This document shows positions 53,454-62,433 of a stretch of DNA of 64,000 bases, piece after piece (the first letter of the stretch is position 1; every line of letters starts with the position of its first letter). Made by a program: the position numbers and the translations under genes. The notes under the pieces are model-generated. The model searched no databases, had not been told where the DNA came from, and saw only the letters and a program-made list of their open reading frames with translations. Source of the DNA: an uncultured Verrucomicrobiae bacterium (GTDB taxonomy: Bacteria; Verrucomicrobiota; Verrucomicrobiia; Chthoniobacterales; UBA10450); the NCBI GenBank assembly GCA_963726745.1, contig CAVSDR010000005.1, forward strand, positions 1-64,000. The letters are read 5' to 3'.

Positions 53454-53553
53454 GGGTCGTTCGCGTCGGATGATGCAAAGTCGGCGCGGCGCTGTCCACT
53501 CCGCGCATCTCCCCGTTTGAGGGAAATCCTTCGCCGGTCGATCTTCCCCGCCA

Positions 53554-56370
53554 ATGGAAGCGGCGCAGGCATTGTCGGAGGCGGGTTGCGACGTTCGCTT
53601 CGACAACCTCACGCGCCAGCTCTACGCGACCGATGCTTCGGTCTACCAGATCGTGCCGCAAGCGGTCGCCTTCCCGCGCGGCGCGCAGGAAGCGAGCCGC
53701 GATCATTCGTGCCGCCGCCGACGCGAACATTCCCATCACGCCGCGCGGTGCCGGCAGCGGGCTGGCCGGGGGCGCGATTGGCGATGGCCTGGTGGTGGAG
53801 TTCTCGCGGCACAACCGCGCGATCTCGGAGTTGAACCTGGAGCGACAGCAGCGTGCGCTGCGGCGCAGGCGTGGTCCTGGATCAACTAAACGCCTTCCTC
53901 CGGCCGCACGGCTTCGCCTTCGGTCCCGATGTGGCCACAAGCTCGCGCGCGACCATCGGCGGGATGATCGCGAACAACAGCTCCGGCGCGCGCGTGCCGG
54001 TTTACGGCACGACTGCGGATCACGTGCGCTCGCTCGAACTCGTCCTCGCCGATGGCACCGTGCGACAAACAGACAGCAACCTCTTCGCCGCGGAGAAGGC
54101 GCGCTTCGCGCAGATGATCCAGGCGGAGGCGGCGGCGATCGACGAGTGGCTCCCGCCCGGTTTGCAAAAACGCTGGCCGGGCTACGGAATCGATCGCTTC
54201 CTGCGCCAGGCGCCGACGATCGAGAATTTGCTCGCCGGCAGCGAAGGGACGCTGGCGGCGATTTGTTCCGCGGAGTTAAAGATCGTGCCGCTCCCGCGCG
54301 AGAAAGGTCTCGGTTTGCTCTTCTTCGCCTCGGTCGCGGAAGCGATGCAAGCCACGGTCGACCTGCTCGACCTCCACCCGGCGGCGATCGAGCACATCGA
54401 CCGGGTGCTCTTCGACCAGACGCGCGGGCAGCTCAATTTCCAGGCTGCGCGCGACCTGCTCGAGCTCGATACCAAGCCGTGCGAGGCCATTCTCCTGGTC
54501 GAGTTCTACGACCAAGTAGCCGACAAATTGCACTCGTTAGCCGCGCGCCGGCTCGGCTTGCGCACGACCATTTGCCGGACAAACGCCGAGATCAATCTCG
54601 TCCTCGGAATGCGCAAGGCGGGGCTGACCCTGCTCACCGGGATGATCGGCTCGGCCAAGCCGGTGACCTGCATCGAGGACACCGCGGTGCGGCCGGAACA
54701 GCTCCCGGCTTACGTCGCCGGCTTGCAGGGAATCATGCAGCCGCGCGGCCTGGAAGTTTGCTACTACGGGCATGCCGCGACCGGGCTGCTCCATGTGCGA
54801 CCGGTGCTCGATCTGCACAATGCGGCCGACCTCCAGACTTTCCGTGAAGTCTCAGACGAGGTCGCGGCGCTGGTGCGGCAATTCAAAGGCTCGCTCGCAG
54901 CGGAGCATGGCGTCGGCATCGCGCGCACCGAATACATGCCCGGCCAACTGGGCGAGCGGCTCCTGCGTTTAACCAGCGAGATCAAGGCGACGTTCGATCC
55001 GCAGAATCTCTTCAACCCCGGCAAAATCATCCCGGACGGCCGCTACCGGCTCGACAACGCTCCTGCGCACCAGCAGCTATCGCGAGCACGGCTTGCCCTT
55101 CGAGCCGCGGCTGGCCTTCGCCTTCAAAGACCGGTCGTTCATCGGCAATCTCGAGCAGTGCAACGGCTGCGGCGGTTGCCGGAAAGATGCGCCCACGATG
55201 TGCCCGACGTTCGTCGCTACCGGCGAGGAATACATGTCGACCCGCGGCCGCGCGAATGCGATCCGCGCGGCGCTCGAGCTGCGCACCCGAGGCGACGATC
55301 CGCTGCGCGCGCAAGAGCTCGAAGAAGCGCTCGGCAATTGTCTCTCCTGCAAAGCCTGCACGGTCGAGTGCCCGTCGAACGTGAACCTCGCCCTGCTCAA
55401 GGCCGAGCTGCAATACGCCCGCATTCGCCGCGACGGCCTCTCGCTCCGCGCGCGAATGCTGAGCGCGGTCGACTTGTTAGGCCGGCTGGGCACACTTACG
55501 CCGGGGCTGGCGAACTGGGCGCTCGAGTTCGCGCCGCTGCGCGCGCTCATGGCGAAAGTGCTGGGTATTTCTGCGCAGCGCCCCTTGCCGCATTACGCGC
55601 AGGAGCGGTTCGATCGTTGGTTTAGCCAGCAACCTCAGCGCGCCGGAGCGCGCGGCCGCGTGATCCTCTGGGACGACACTTTCGTGCGCTACCACGAGCC
55701 GCACATCGGCATCGCCGCGGTGAGCGTGCTCGAAGCGCTTGGCTTCGAGGTCTCGTTAGCCAAAGGCCGGCGTTGCTGCGGGCGGCCGGCCTTCAGCCAG
55801 GGAAATCTCGATGCCGCCAGCCGGATGGGGCAGCACAATCTCGATCTCCTGCGCGGCGGCGAGGAACCGATCCTGTTCCTCGAGCCGTCGTGCTATTCGA
55901 TGTTTGCCGAGGATTACCGCGAGCTGAAGCTGGAAGGCTTCGAGGCGGTCGCGGCGCGTTCGTTTCTCTTCGAAAAGTTCGTCGCCGATTTACTCGAGCG
56001 CGAGCCGGCGGCGCTCGCCTTCCGGGAAACAACCGGCAAGATCGCGATTCACGCGCATTGCCATGCGAAGTCGCTGATGAAACCCGGCTTCATGGCGCGG
56101 CTCGCCGGCCGCCTGCCGGGGCGGGAAGTGCAATTGCTCGACACCGGCTGCTGCGGCATGGCAGGCGCGTTCGGCGCGCTCGACGCGAAGTATCGGCTCT
56201 CGGTGCAGGTGGCCGCGCCGCTGGTGGAGAAGATCGCCGCGCAACCGGCGGGCGCGACGATTGTCGCCTCCGGGACGAGCTGCCGGCATCAGATCGAGCA
56301 TCTGACGCCGGCGAAGCCAAAGCACATGGCCGAACTCTTGGCCGACGCGCTTCCGACGACGACTCGTTAG
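53554..56370 (+). CDS. FAD-binding and Fe-S-binding oxidoreductase (YdiJ/GlcD-GlcF fusion type; frameshifts near 53697, 53855, 55060)
   Basis: YATDASVY, RGAGSGLAG, TIGGMIANN, EHGVG, CNGCGGC, CLSCKACTVECP, CCG motifs. Confidence 0.88.
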
Positions 56371-57338
56371 GCCGGGCCGCCCATTGCGCCGAGCGCCCGG
56401 CGCGCCGTCCCGGCCTGGAGGTATTTGCCCCAGCTGAGGTTGTCCTGCCCGGGGACATGCGCGCGCGCCTTGCGCAGGCACATCTCGCTGACTGCTTCCA
56501 CGACCCAGTCGAAGTTCTCCTGGCCGACGCTCGTGACTTCCGCATCGGGCGCGGGGTTGCAGAAATCGATCGCCACCGGGACGCCATCGCGGATGGCGAA
56601 CTCGACCGTGTTCAAGTCGTAGCCTAAATATTGGTTCAATTGCAGGACGCCCCAATGAACCTTGTCGAGGATCTCCTTGGGCGCCTGCCAGTCGGTCTGG
56701 TAGCGAAGGTGATACGGGTTCCGCGGCTCGTAATTCATGATCTTCACGTGCCGCTGATCGATGCAGTAGCAGCGGAAGTACATGTCGAACTTCACTTCCT
56801 CCTGCAGCATCATCACGAGTTGGCCGGTCTCGGCGTAGGCGCGGAAGAATTCCTCGGAGTTGTGCAGCCGGTAGACGTTTTTCCAACCGCCGCCGGCGAA
56901 GGGCTTGAAGAACGCGGGCCAGCCGACGTATTGGAAAATGCCTTCCCAATCGAGCGGGTAAGCGAGGTTGCGGAAGGAGCCGTCGGAGGTGTCGGGCGGC
57001 AGCTGGTGCGAAGGCAGGAGGACGGTCTTCGGCACCGCGACGTCGATCTTGGTTGCGAGCGCGTTGTTGAAGAACTTCTCGTCCGCGCTCCACCAGAAAG
57101 GATTATTGACCACCGCGCAGCCAGCGAGCGCTTCGTTCTTGAGCCAGGCGCGGTAGAAGGGAACGTCCTGCGAGATGCGGTCGACGACCACGTCGTAGCC
57201 GGTCGGCTCTCCCTGGATCACCTTATCGATGCGGACGAATTCGGCCTGCACTTCGCCCCCGCCTTTCTCGTTGATCCGCTGGACGAGCGCAGGCGGGAAG
57301 CTGTTTTCTTGACCGAAGAGGATGCCGACTTTTTTCAT
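56367..57338 (-). CDS. ATP-grasp fold protein (RimK/glutathione-synthase-like)
   Basis: DRISQDVPFYR, NNPFWWSADEKF, FFKPFAGGGWKNV, LQE, EFAI..AIDFCNPAPD. Confidence 0.85.
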   Translation of the reverse strand: MKKVGILFGQENSFPPALVQRINEKGGGEVQAEFVRIDKVIQGEPTGYDVVVDRISQDVPFYRAWLKNEALAGCAVVNNPFWWSADEKFFNNALATKIDVAVPKTVLLPSHQLPPDTSDGSFRNLAYPLDWEGIFQYVGWPAFFKPFAGGGWKNVYRLHNSEEFFRAYAETGQLVMMLQEEVKFDMYFRCYCIDQRHVKIMNYEPRNPYHLRYQTDWQAPKEILDKVHWGVLQLNQYLGYDLNTVEFAIRDGVPVAIDFCNPAPDAEVTSVGQENFDWVVEAVSEMCLRKARAHVPGQDNLSWGKYLQAGTARRALGAMGGPA

Positions 57339-57378
57339 GACTTGTTAGGCTGAGTGGTGGGGTTGGTGAGAGTGCTGG

Positions 57379-58089
57379 TTAAATTTTCCCGAGGTAATAC
57401 GGCAACATTTCGCGCCAGTAATTCCAGTCGTGCCCGCACCATTTGCGGTCGTCGAGCCAATGCTGGATGCCCTTGGCCTGGAGAATCTCGTGCAGACGAT
57501 AGCTTTCGTGGCGGGTGTTATCCCACTCGCCGGTGCCAAGGATGATCCCCATGTGGTTGTAACGCCAGGGGTCGGGGACGTTCGGCAGGTAATCGTAGGG
57601 GCTGTTGAAGTAGACGTTGTCGTCGTAGTAGCCGCCGAAGAAATCGCTGATGTCGAAGGCGCCGCTCAAGCTGATCAGGTGGCTGACCGCGTCGGGATGC
57701 TTGAAAGCAATGTTGGCCGCATGATAGGCGCCGAGGCTGGCCCCGCAAACCATCACCCGGTGCGTGGAGCATTCGCGCCGCGCGTGATCGAAGACTTCCT
57801 GCGTGATCACGCGCTCGTAAGCCATGTGCGTCTTGATCCGGTCGGCCGGATGGATCGCCTTGTTGTAGAAGCTGTCGAGGTCGACCGCGTCCGGGCAATA
57901 AATGGTCACCTGACCGCTTTCCACGAAGGGAGCGCAGGCATCGATTAAATGGAAATCCTTGTTCTGGTAGAAACGCCCGAAGGAAGTGGGAAAAAGGATC
58001 AAGGGCCGGCCGCCGCCATCGCCGAAGACGAGCATCTCGAAGTCGCGGCTCAGGTTCGGGGTCCACCAGCGGAGGTAACGTTCATTCAT
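57379..58089 (-). CDS. esterase family alpha/beta hydrolase
   Basis: LILFPTS, GASLGAYHA, HDWNYWR. Confidence 0.85.
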   Translation of the reverse strand: MNERYLRWWTPNLSRDFEMLVFGDGGGRPLILFPTSFGRFYQNKDFHLIDACAPFVESGQVTIYCPDAVDLDSFYNKAIHPADRIKTHMAYERVITQEVFDHARRECSTHRVMVCGASLGAYHAANIAFKHPDAVSHLISLSGAFDISDFFGGYYDDNVYFNSPYDYLPNVPDPWRYNHMGIILGTGEWDNTRHESYRLHEILQAKGIQHWLDDRKWCGHDWNYWREMLPYYLGKI

Positions 58090-58231
58090 GCAGCGTCTTG
58101 ATTTCGGGCGTGGGCGAGATTCTGTCGACTCTCTTTTAATCGTGCCTCGCCCGGCAGATGAGCCTGCGCCCTGAAAAGAGGCATCCGCAGCTGCGCCGCC
58201 CCCCGTATTTGTGCTTTATCCGCCTTTCCTT

Positions 58232-59101
58232 ATGTCCGAGCACACCCTCACAGGAAACATCCAAAGCCATCCGCAATTCGAGTCCCGCATTTTGGGGAAC
58301 CGACGCGATGTGCTCGTTTATTTGCCGCCCGGCTACCGGCGCACGCGCAACCGGCGTTACCCGGTGCTTTACCTGCACGATGGGCAAAATGTGTTCGACG
58401 CTGCGACGGCTTTTGGCGGGAACGAGTGGGGCGTGGACGAGACCGCGCAGCGCCTGATTTCGGAGAAGCTGGCCGAACCGGTGATCATCGTCGCGGTGGC
58501 CAACGCGGGCGAAGATCGCATCCATGAATATGCGCCCACAAAGGGACGGATCGAGGAAGGAAAACGGAAGCGGAGCAAAGGACTGCTGCGGAAGTATGGG
58601 CAATTTTTGGTCGAAGAACTAAAGCCGTTCATCGATGGGAACTACCGCACGCTCCCGGAAGCGGAGCACACCGGCCTGGGCGGTTCCTCGCTTGGCGGGC
58701 TGGCCACACTTTCGCTCGGGCTTTGGTTCCCGCAGGTTTTCCGCCGGCTCCTGGTGATGTCGCCGTCTATTTGGTGGGACGACGCGGTGCTGCTGAAGCT
58801 GGTCGACAAAGTGAACGAAGATGCGCGTCCGCCCCTGAAGATTTGGCTGGATACCGGCACGGCCGAGCCGGGTTGGGAACGCGCGCAGACCTTGCGCGAT
58901 GCCTTGCTCGAGAAGGGCTGGCGGCTCTACGACGACCTGCAGTACACCGAGGACGAAGGCGCCGGACATACCGAAGCTGCCTGGGGCCACCGGATCGATG
59001 CCGCTCTCCGCTTTCTTTATCCACCAGCGCCGGCGGTCCTGCCGGAAGGCACCCGTCGCCGGCAACCGAAGATCCTCCGGCGCGAGCCGGTCGCGGCCTA
59101 A
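58232..59101 (+). CDS. putative esterase (alpha/beta hydrolase, IroE/Fes-like)
   Basis: VYLPPGY, YPVLYLHDGQNVFD, GGSSLGG, GHTEAAW. Confidence 0.88.
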   Translation: MSEHTLTGNIQSHPQFESRILGNRRDVLVYLPPGYRRTRNRRYPVLYLHDGQNVFDAATAFGGNEWGVDETAQRLISEKLAEPVIIVAVANAGEDRIHEYAPTKGRIEEGKRKRSKGLLRKYGQFLVEELKPFIDGNYRTLPEAEHTGLGGSSLGGLATLSLGLWFPQVFRRLLVMSPSIWWDDAVLLKLVDKVNEDARPPLKIWLDTGTAEPGWERAQTLRDALLEKGWRLYDDLQYTEDEGAGHTEAAWGHRIDAALRFLYPPAPAVLPEGTRRRQPKILRREPVAA

Positions 59102-59104
59102 CGA

Positions 59105-59527
59105 ATGCCGGCCATCCCGCACGAGCTGCGCCTGCGCGTAGCCGCGGGAGAGATCGACGGCCAAGGGCACGTGAACAACGTGGTCTACCTGCGCTGGGTG
59201 CAGGAAGTGGCGGTGGCGCATTGGGAAGCGCTCGCCCCGGTTGATGCGCTCGGGCAAATCGGCTGGGTCGCGCGCCGGCACGAGATCGATTACCACGCGC
59301 CGGCGCTTCTGGGCGATGAATTGATCGTCCGGACCTGGGTCGGCCAGGTCGAGGGCCTGACTTTCGAGCGGCACACCGAGATCCGTCACGCCGGCACCGA
59401 GAAGTTGCTGGCAAAAACGCGCACGCTCTGGATCCCGATCGATCCCGCGACCGGCAAGCCGAAACGCGTCAGCCGGGAAGTCCGCCGGCTGTTTGCGATT
59501 GCCGCGGGCGAAGCGACCGTTCGTTAG
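59105..59527 (+). CDS. acyl-CoA thioesterase (4HBT/YbgC hotdog fold)
   Basis: IDGQGHVNNVVYLRW. Confidence 0.9.
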   Translation: MPAIPHELRLRVAAGEIDGQGHVNNVVYLRWVQEVAVAHWEALAPVDALGQIGWVARRHEIDYHAPALLGDELIVRTWVGQVEGLTFERHTEIRHAGTEKLLAKTRTLWIPIDPATGKPKRVSREVRRLFAIAAGEATVR

Positions 59528-60498
59528 ACCGCCGCGGCTGGCAGCTCGGAAAAGTTGCCCAGCTTGCGAAACTTCTCGTAGCGCTTCTTGAGCAACTCGT
59601 CGGTCGAGAGCGCGCTGAAGCGATCGAGATTGCGCCGGAGAGCGCTCCCGAGATGGGCCGCCGCGAGGTCGTGATCGCGATGCGCGCCGCCTTCCGGCTC
59701 CTTCACCACTTCGTCGACCACGCCGAGCTTCATCAAGTCATCGGCCGTGAGCTTGAGTGCTTCTGCGGCCTCGGGCGCGTGGCGGCGATCCTTCCAAAGG
59801 ATGGCGGAGCAGGCTTCCGGACTGATCACGGAATAGTAAGCATTCTCCAGGATCATCACGCGGTCGGCGACGCCGATGCCGAGAGCGCCGCCGGACCCGC
59901 CTTCACCGATGACCACGGCTACGATCGGGACCTGCAGGTTCATCATTTCGCGGAGATTCACCGCAATCGCTTCGGCGATGTGGCGCTCCTCCGAGCCGAT
60001 GCCGGGATACGCGCCAGGAGTGTCGATCAGCGCCACCACCGGGAGCTTGAACTTCTCCGCCATTTGCATGACGCGCAGGGCCTTGCGGTACCCTTCCGGG
60101 TAGGCGCAGCCGAAATTACGCAGCACATTCTCCTTGGTGTCGCGGCCCTTTTGCTGGGAAACGACCACGCAGCGATAAGCCCCGATGGTCGCCAGGCCGC
60201 ACGGCATCGCGCGGTCATCGCCAAAGACGCGATCGCCGTGGAGCTCGACCCAGTCGGTGAAGCAGCGGCTGAGGTAATCGAGCGCGAAGGGCCGCTGCAC
60301 ATGGCGGGCAATCTGGACGCGCTGCCAGGCGGTGAGATTCTCGTAAATCTCGCGCCGGGTCTCGCGAATTTTCGCTTCCATGGACTCCACCTCGCTCTCG
60401 AAATCGAGCGCGTGTTCGTCGGAGTGATTCTTCAAGTCCTGCAACCGGCGCTGCAATTCCAGAATCGGCTTTTCGAAATCGAGCGGCTGAACGTCCAT
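59524..60498 (-). CDS. accA: acetyl-CoA carboxylase carboxyltransferase alpha subunit
   Basis: LDFEKPI, ELHGDR, PEGYRKA, DTPGAYPG, GEGGSGGA, YSVISPE. Confidence 0.97.
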   Translation of the reverse strand: MDVQPLDFEKPILELQRRLQDLKNHSDEHALDFESEVESMEAKIRETRREIYENLTAWQRVQIARHVQRPFALDYLSRCFTDWVELHGDRVFGDDRAMPCGLATIGAYRCVVVSQQKGRDTKENVLRNFGCAYPEGYRKALRVMQMAEKFKLPVVALIDTPGAYPGIGSEERHIAEAIAVNLREMMNLQVPIVAVVIGEGGSGGALGIGVADRVMILENAYYSVISPEACSAILWKDRRHAPEAAEALKLTADDLMKLGVVDEVVKEPEGGAHRDHDLAAAHLGSALRRNLDRFSALSTDELLKKRYEKFRKLGNFSELPAAAV

Positions 60499-60501
60499 TC
60501 T

Positions 60502-61344
60502 CTAGTCGGTAATGGTGACAGGCGTCTTCGTATTGACAAGGCCGCTTAGCTCCGCGACCTCGGCCGGCGCCAGCGCCATCCCGGTGGGCGGCGGCGGGAC
60601 CCCGCCCGGCTGCGGCGTGCCCGCGCTGGGCTCAGCGTAAAGGATGTGCCCCGGTGTCGTTAGCCGGATCCAGCGGGTGCTCCCCTGGTATTCCTTGGTC
60701 CCGAAGCCGACCCGTTTGCCATCCTGCCAAGCCATGACCTCGGCGACCTTCGCGCTGATCTTCGCGGGGCTGCGCGGCGGGAGCTTGAGCGCGCGAATCT
60801 TGTAGCGCTTAAAGAAGAGGCCGCGATCGAGCAGGATCACCTCGTGCGCCTTCCGCTGGATCACGAGCGCAAAGTCCGGGTGCGAAACAAGCAGCCGGTC
60901 GCCGATGTGAAGCATGGTTCCGCGGAGATTGTTCATGCGCATGATCAACTCCGGCGTGGTCTTGGTTTTCAGCGCCACCTTGGCGATCACGTCGCCTTTT
61001 TTGACGACATATTCCTGCTTCTCCGGGCTGGGATACTTCGAAAGCAGAATCTCCATGTTTACCTCGCCCAGGAGGTCTTTGGCGGCGTCCGCGTTCGGGC
61101 TGTTGGGATACTTTTGCAGGAAGCGCGTGAGCGCGGCGCGCGCCTCGGCCAGCTTGTGCTCCTGGCGCAATTTCGCCGCCTCCTCAAACTCGGGCAGGCT
61201 CACATCGGCCCGCGGCGTTTCCGGGAGTTCGCCGCGTTGCTCCGCGCGCACCGCCATCTCCGGCTTCACGATGATGTGATAACCGAAAAAAGCCGCGCTG
61301 CCGAAAATGGCCACCGCGAGCAGGAAAGCGAAGAGCCACTTCAT
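60502..61344 (-). CDS. LysM-domain membrane-anchored protein
   Basis: N-terminal TM, TPR-like helix pair, YVVKKGDVIAKVA...NNL..LHIGDRL LysM. Confidence 0.8.
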   Translation of the reverse strand: MKWLFAFLLAVAIFGSAAFFGYHIIVKPEMAVRAEQRGELPETPRADVSLPEFEEAAKLRQEHKLAEARAALTRFLQKYPNSPNADAAKDLLGEVNMEILLSKYPSPEKQEYVVKKGDVIAKVALKTKTTPELIMRMNNLRGTMLHIGDRLLVSHPDFALVIQRKAHEVILLDRGLFFKRYKIRALKLPPRSPAKISAKVAEVMAWQDGKRVGFGTKEYQGSTRWIRLTTPGHILYAEPSAGTPQPGGVPPPPTGMALAPAEVAELSGLVNTKTPVTITD

Positions 61345-61396
61345 GCGTGAGGAAAGCTACGCGGGCACGCGGCGGCGCGCTGCCGGGCGCACGTTT

Positions 61397-61846
61397 TCAG
61401 ACCTGCTTCCGCGGTGCGGAAAAGAAGCTGTGCCAGAAACGATGTTGCTGGCCGGCATCCTGGTTCGTCCAGGTGTAGTGGCAGTCTTCGCAGTAAAATT
61501 CCTTCGGGAAAATGCCCGCCTGCAGAAGAACCATCGCCAGACCGGGGACGAAAGGGAATTTGCGCGCCAGCTGCGGGTATTGGATGCGCGGCGAGTGGCA
61601 CTGCGGGCAGCGGATGGCGGAGCCGATCTCCGGATCGCTCTTTTCCCACTCGACCATGAGCTGTTGGGTCTTTTCGAAATCTTTCTCTTCCACCATCACC
61701 TTGGCGTTCGCCTGCGGCTCCGAGAGCGTGGTCATCCGCTGCATGCCCGCCTCGTTGTGGATGTCGGCCTTGACCCCTTTTTCCTGGAGCCGCTGCTTCA
61801 GGTGCTTCGCTTTCGCCGCTTCGTTAAACGTTGCAATCGTGACCAT
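61397..61846 (-). CDS. DUF2007-like signal-transducing protein with Zn-ribbon
   Basis: MVTIATFNEAAKAKHLKQRLQEKGV; CPQC and CEDC. Confidence 0.7.
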   Translation of the reverse strand: MVTIATFNEAAKAKHLKQRLQEKGVKADIHNEAGMQRMTTLSEPQANAKVMVEEKDFEKTQQLMVEWEKSDPEIGSAIRCPQCHSPRIQYPQLARKFPFVPGLAMVLLQAGIFPKEFYCEDCHYTWTNQDAGQQHRFWHSFFSAPRKQV

Positions 61847-61924
61847 AAACTCAGTTGTCCCTTTCGCTGCTCCTCTGCCGAAGATCAAACATCAACCAGC
61901 AGCGCAGCGCAAGAACCCGCGCGG

Positions 61925-62359
61925 CTAACGATACGCCGCCGGCGGGAACCATTGGTAGAGCATGAAATAAACGATCACGCCCGTGACCGAGACGTAGAGC
62001 CAGATCGGCATGGCCCAACGCCCGACGCGCCGATGTTTATCCCACCGGCGGCGCAGCGCCGGGAGCAAGGTCACGATGACCAGCGGCGGGATGGTGAAGG
62101 CCAGGAGCACGTGCGTAATCAGGATCGTGAAATAAATCGGCCGCACGATTCCCGGGGCAGTGAAGCGGGTGGATCCGTGGTGATAATGGTAAACCAGGTA
62201 GCCCGTCAGAAAAATAGCCGACGAGATCAGCGCCACGATCATGCAGGCGATGTGCTGCCGCCAATACCCGCGCCGGGTGAGGATCCAGCCCGCGGAAATA
62301 AACAGCGTGCTGATCGCGTTCATGGAAGCGTTCACGGCCGGCAAGTCGGAAATTGTCAT
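61925..62359 (-). CDS. DUF420 family membrane protein
   Basis: LPAVNA, HIACM, YLVYH, THVLLA, HRRVGRWAMPIWLYVSVTG. Confidence 0.9.
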   Translation of the reverse strand: MTISDLPAVNASMNAISTLFISAGWILTRRGYWRQHIACMIVALISSAIFLTGYLVYHYHHGSTRFTAPGIVRPIYFTILITHVLLAFTIPPLVIVTLLPALRRRWDKHRRVGRWAMPIWLYVSVTGVIVYFMLYQWFPPAAYR

Positions 62360-62433
62360 CCAGCAGCTATACGACCGAGAAATCGCTTGGGTGCCAGCCT
62401 TGAAATAGTCCGCCGCCCGGCGGACCTAGCTGC

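Larger units (their letters stand above)
704..61932. repeat. dispersed 10-bp motif CTCGTTAGGC/GCCTAACGAG (24 exact and about 30 near copies)
   Basis: Exact copies start at 704, 1943, 5305, 6557, 7798, 11207, 15003, 17808, 18555, 20477, 22347, 23124, 28560, 31463, 31789, 32327, 35963, 36913, 37368, 39794, 42079, 49419, 50292, 56363. Confidence 0.9.

Noticed and set aside
704..61932. TTAGGC core equals the nematode telomere repeat; possible telomere, CRISPR or IS-end interpretation
   Set aside because: Copies are single, dispersed and in-frame within bacterial genes; no tandem arrays, regular spacers, cas genes or transposase.
704..61932. Motif as a Chi- or KOPS-like polar signal
   Set aside because: Near-equal orientation counts (13 vs 11) within one window; polar signals should be strongly skewed unless ori/ter lies here, for which there is no evidence.
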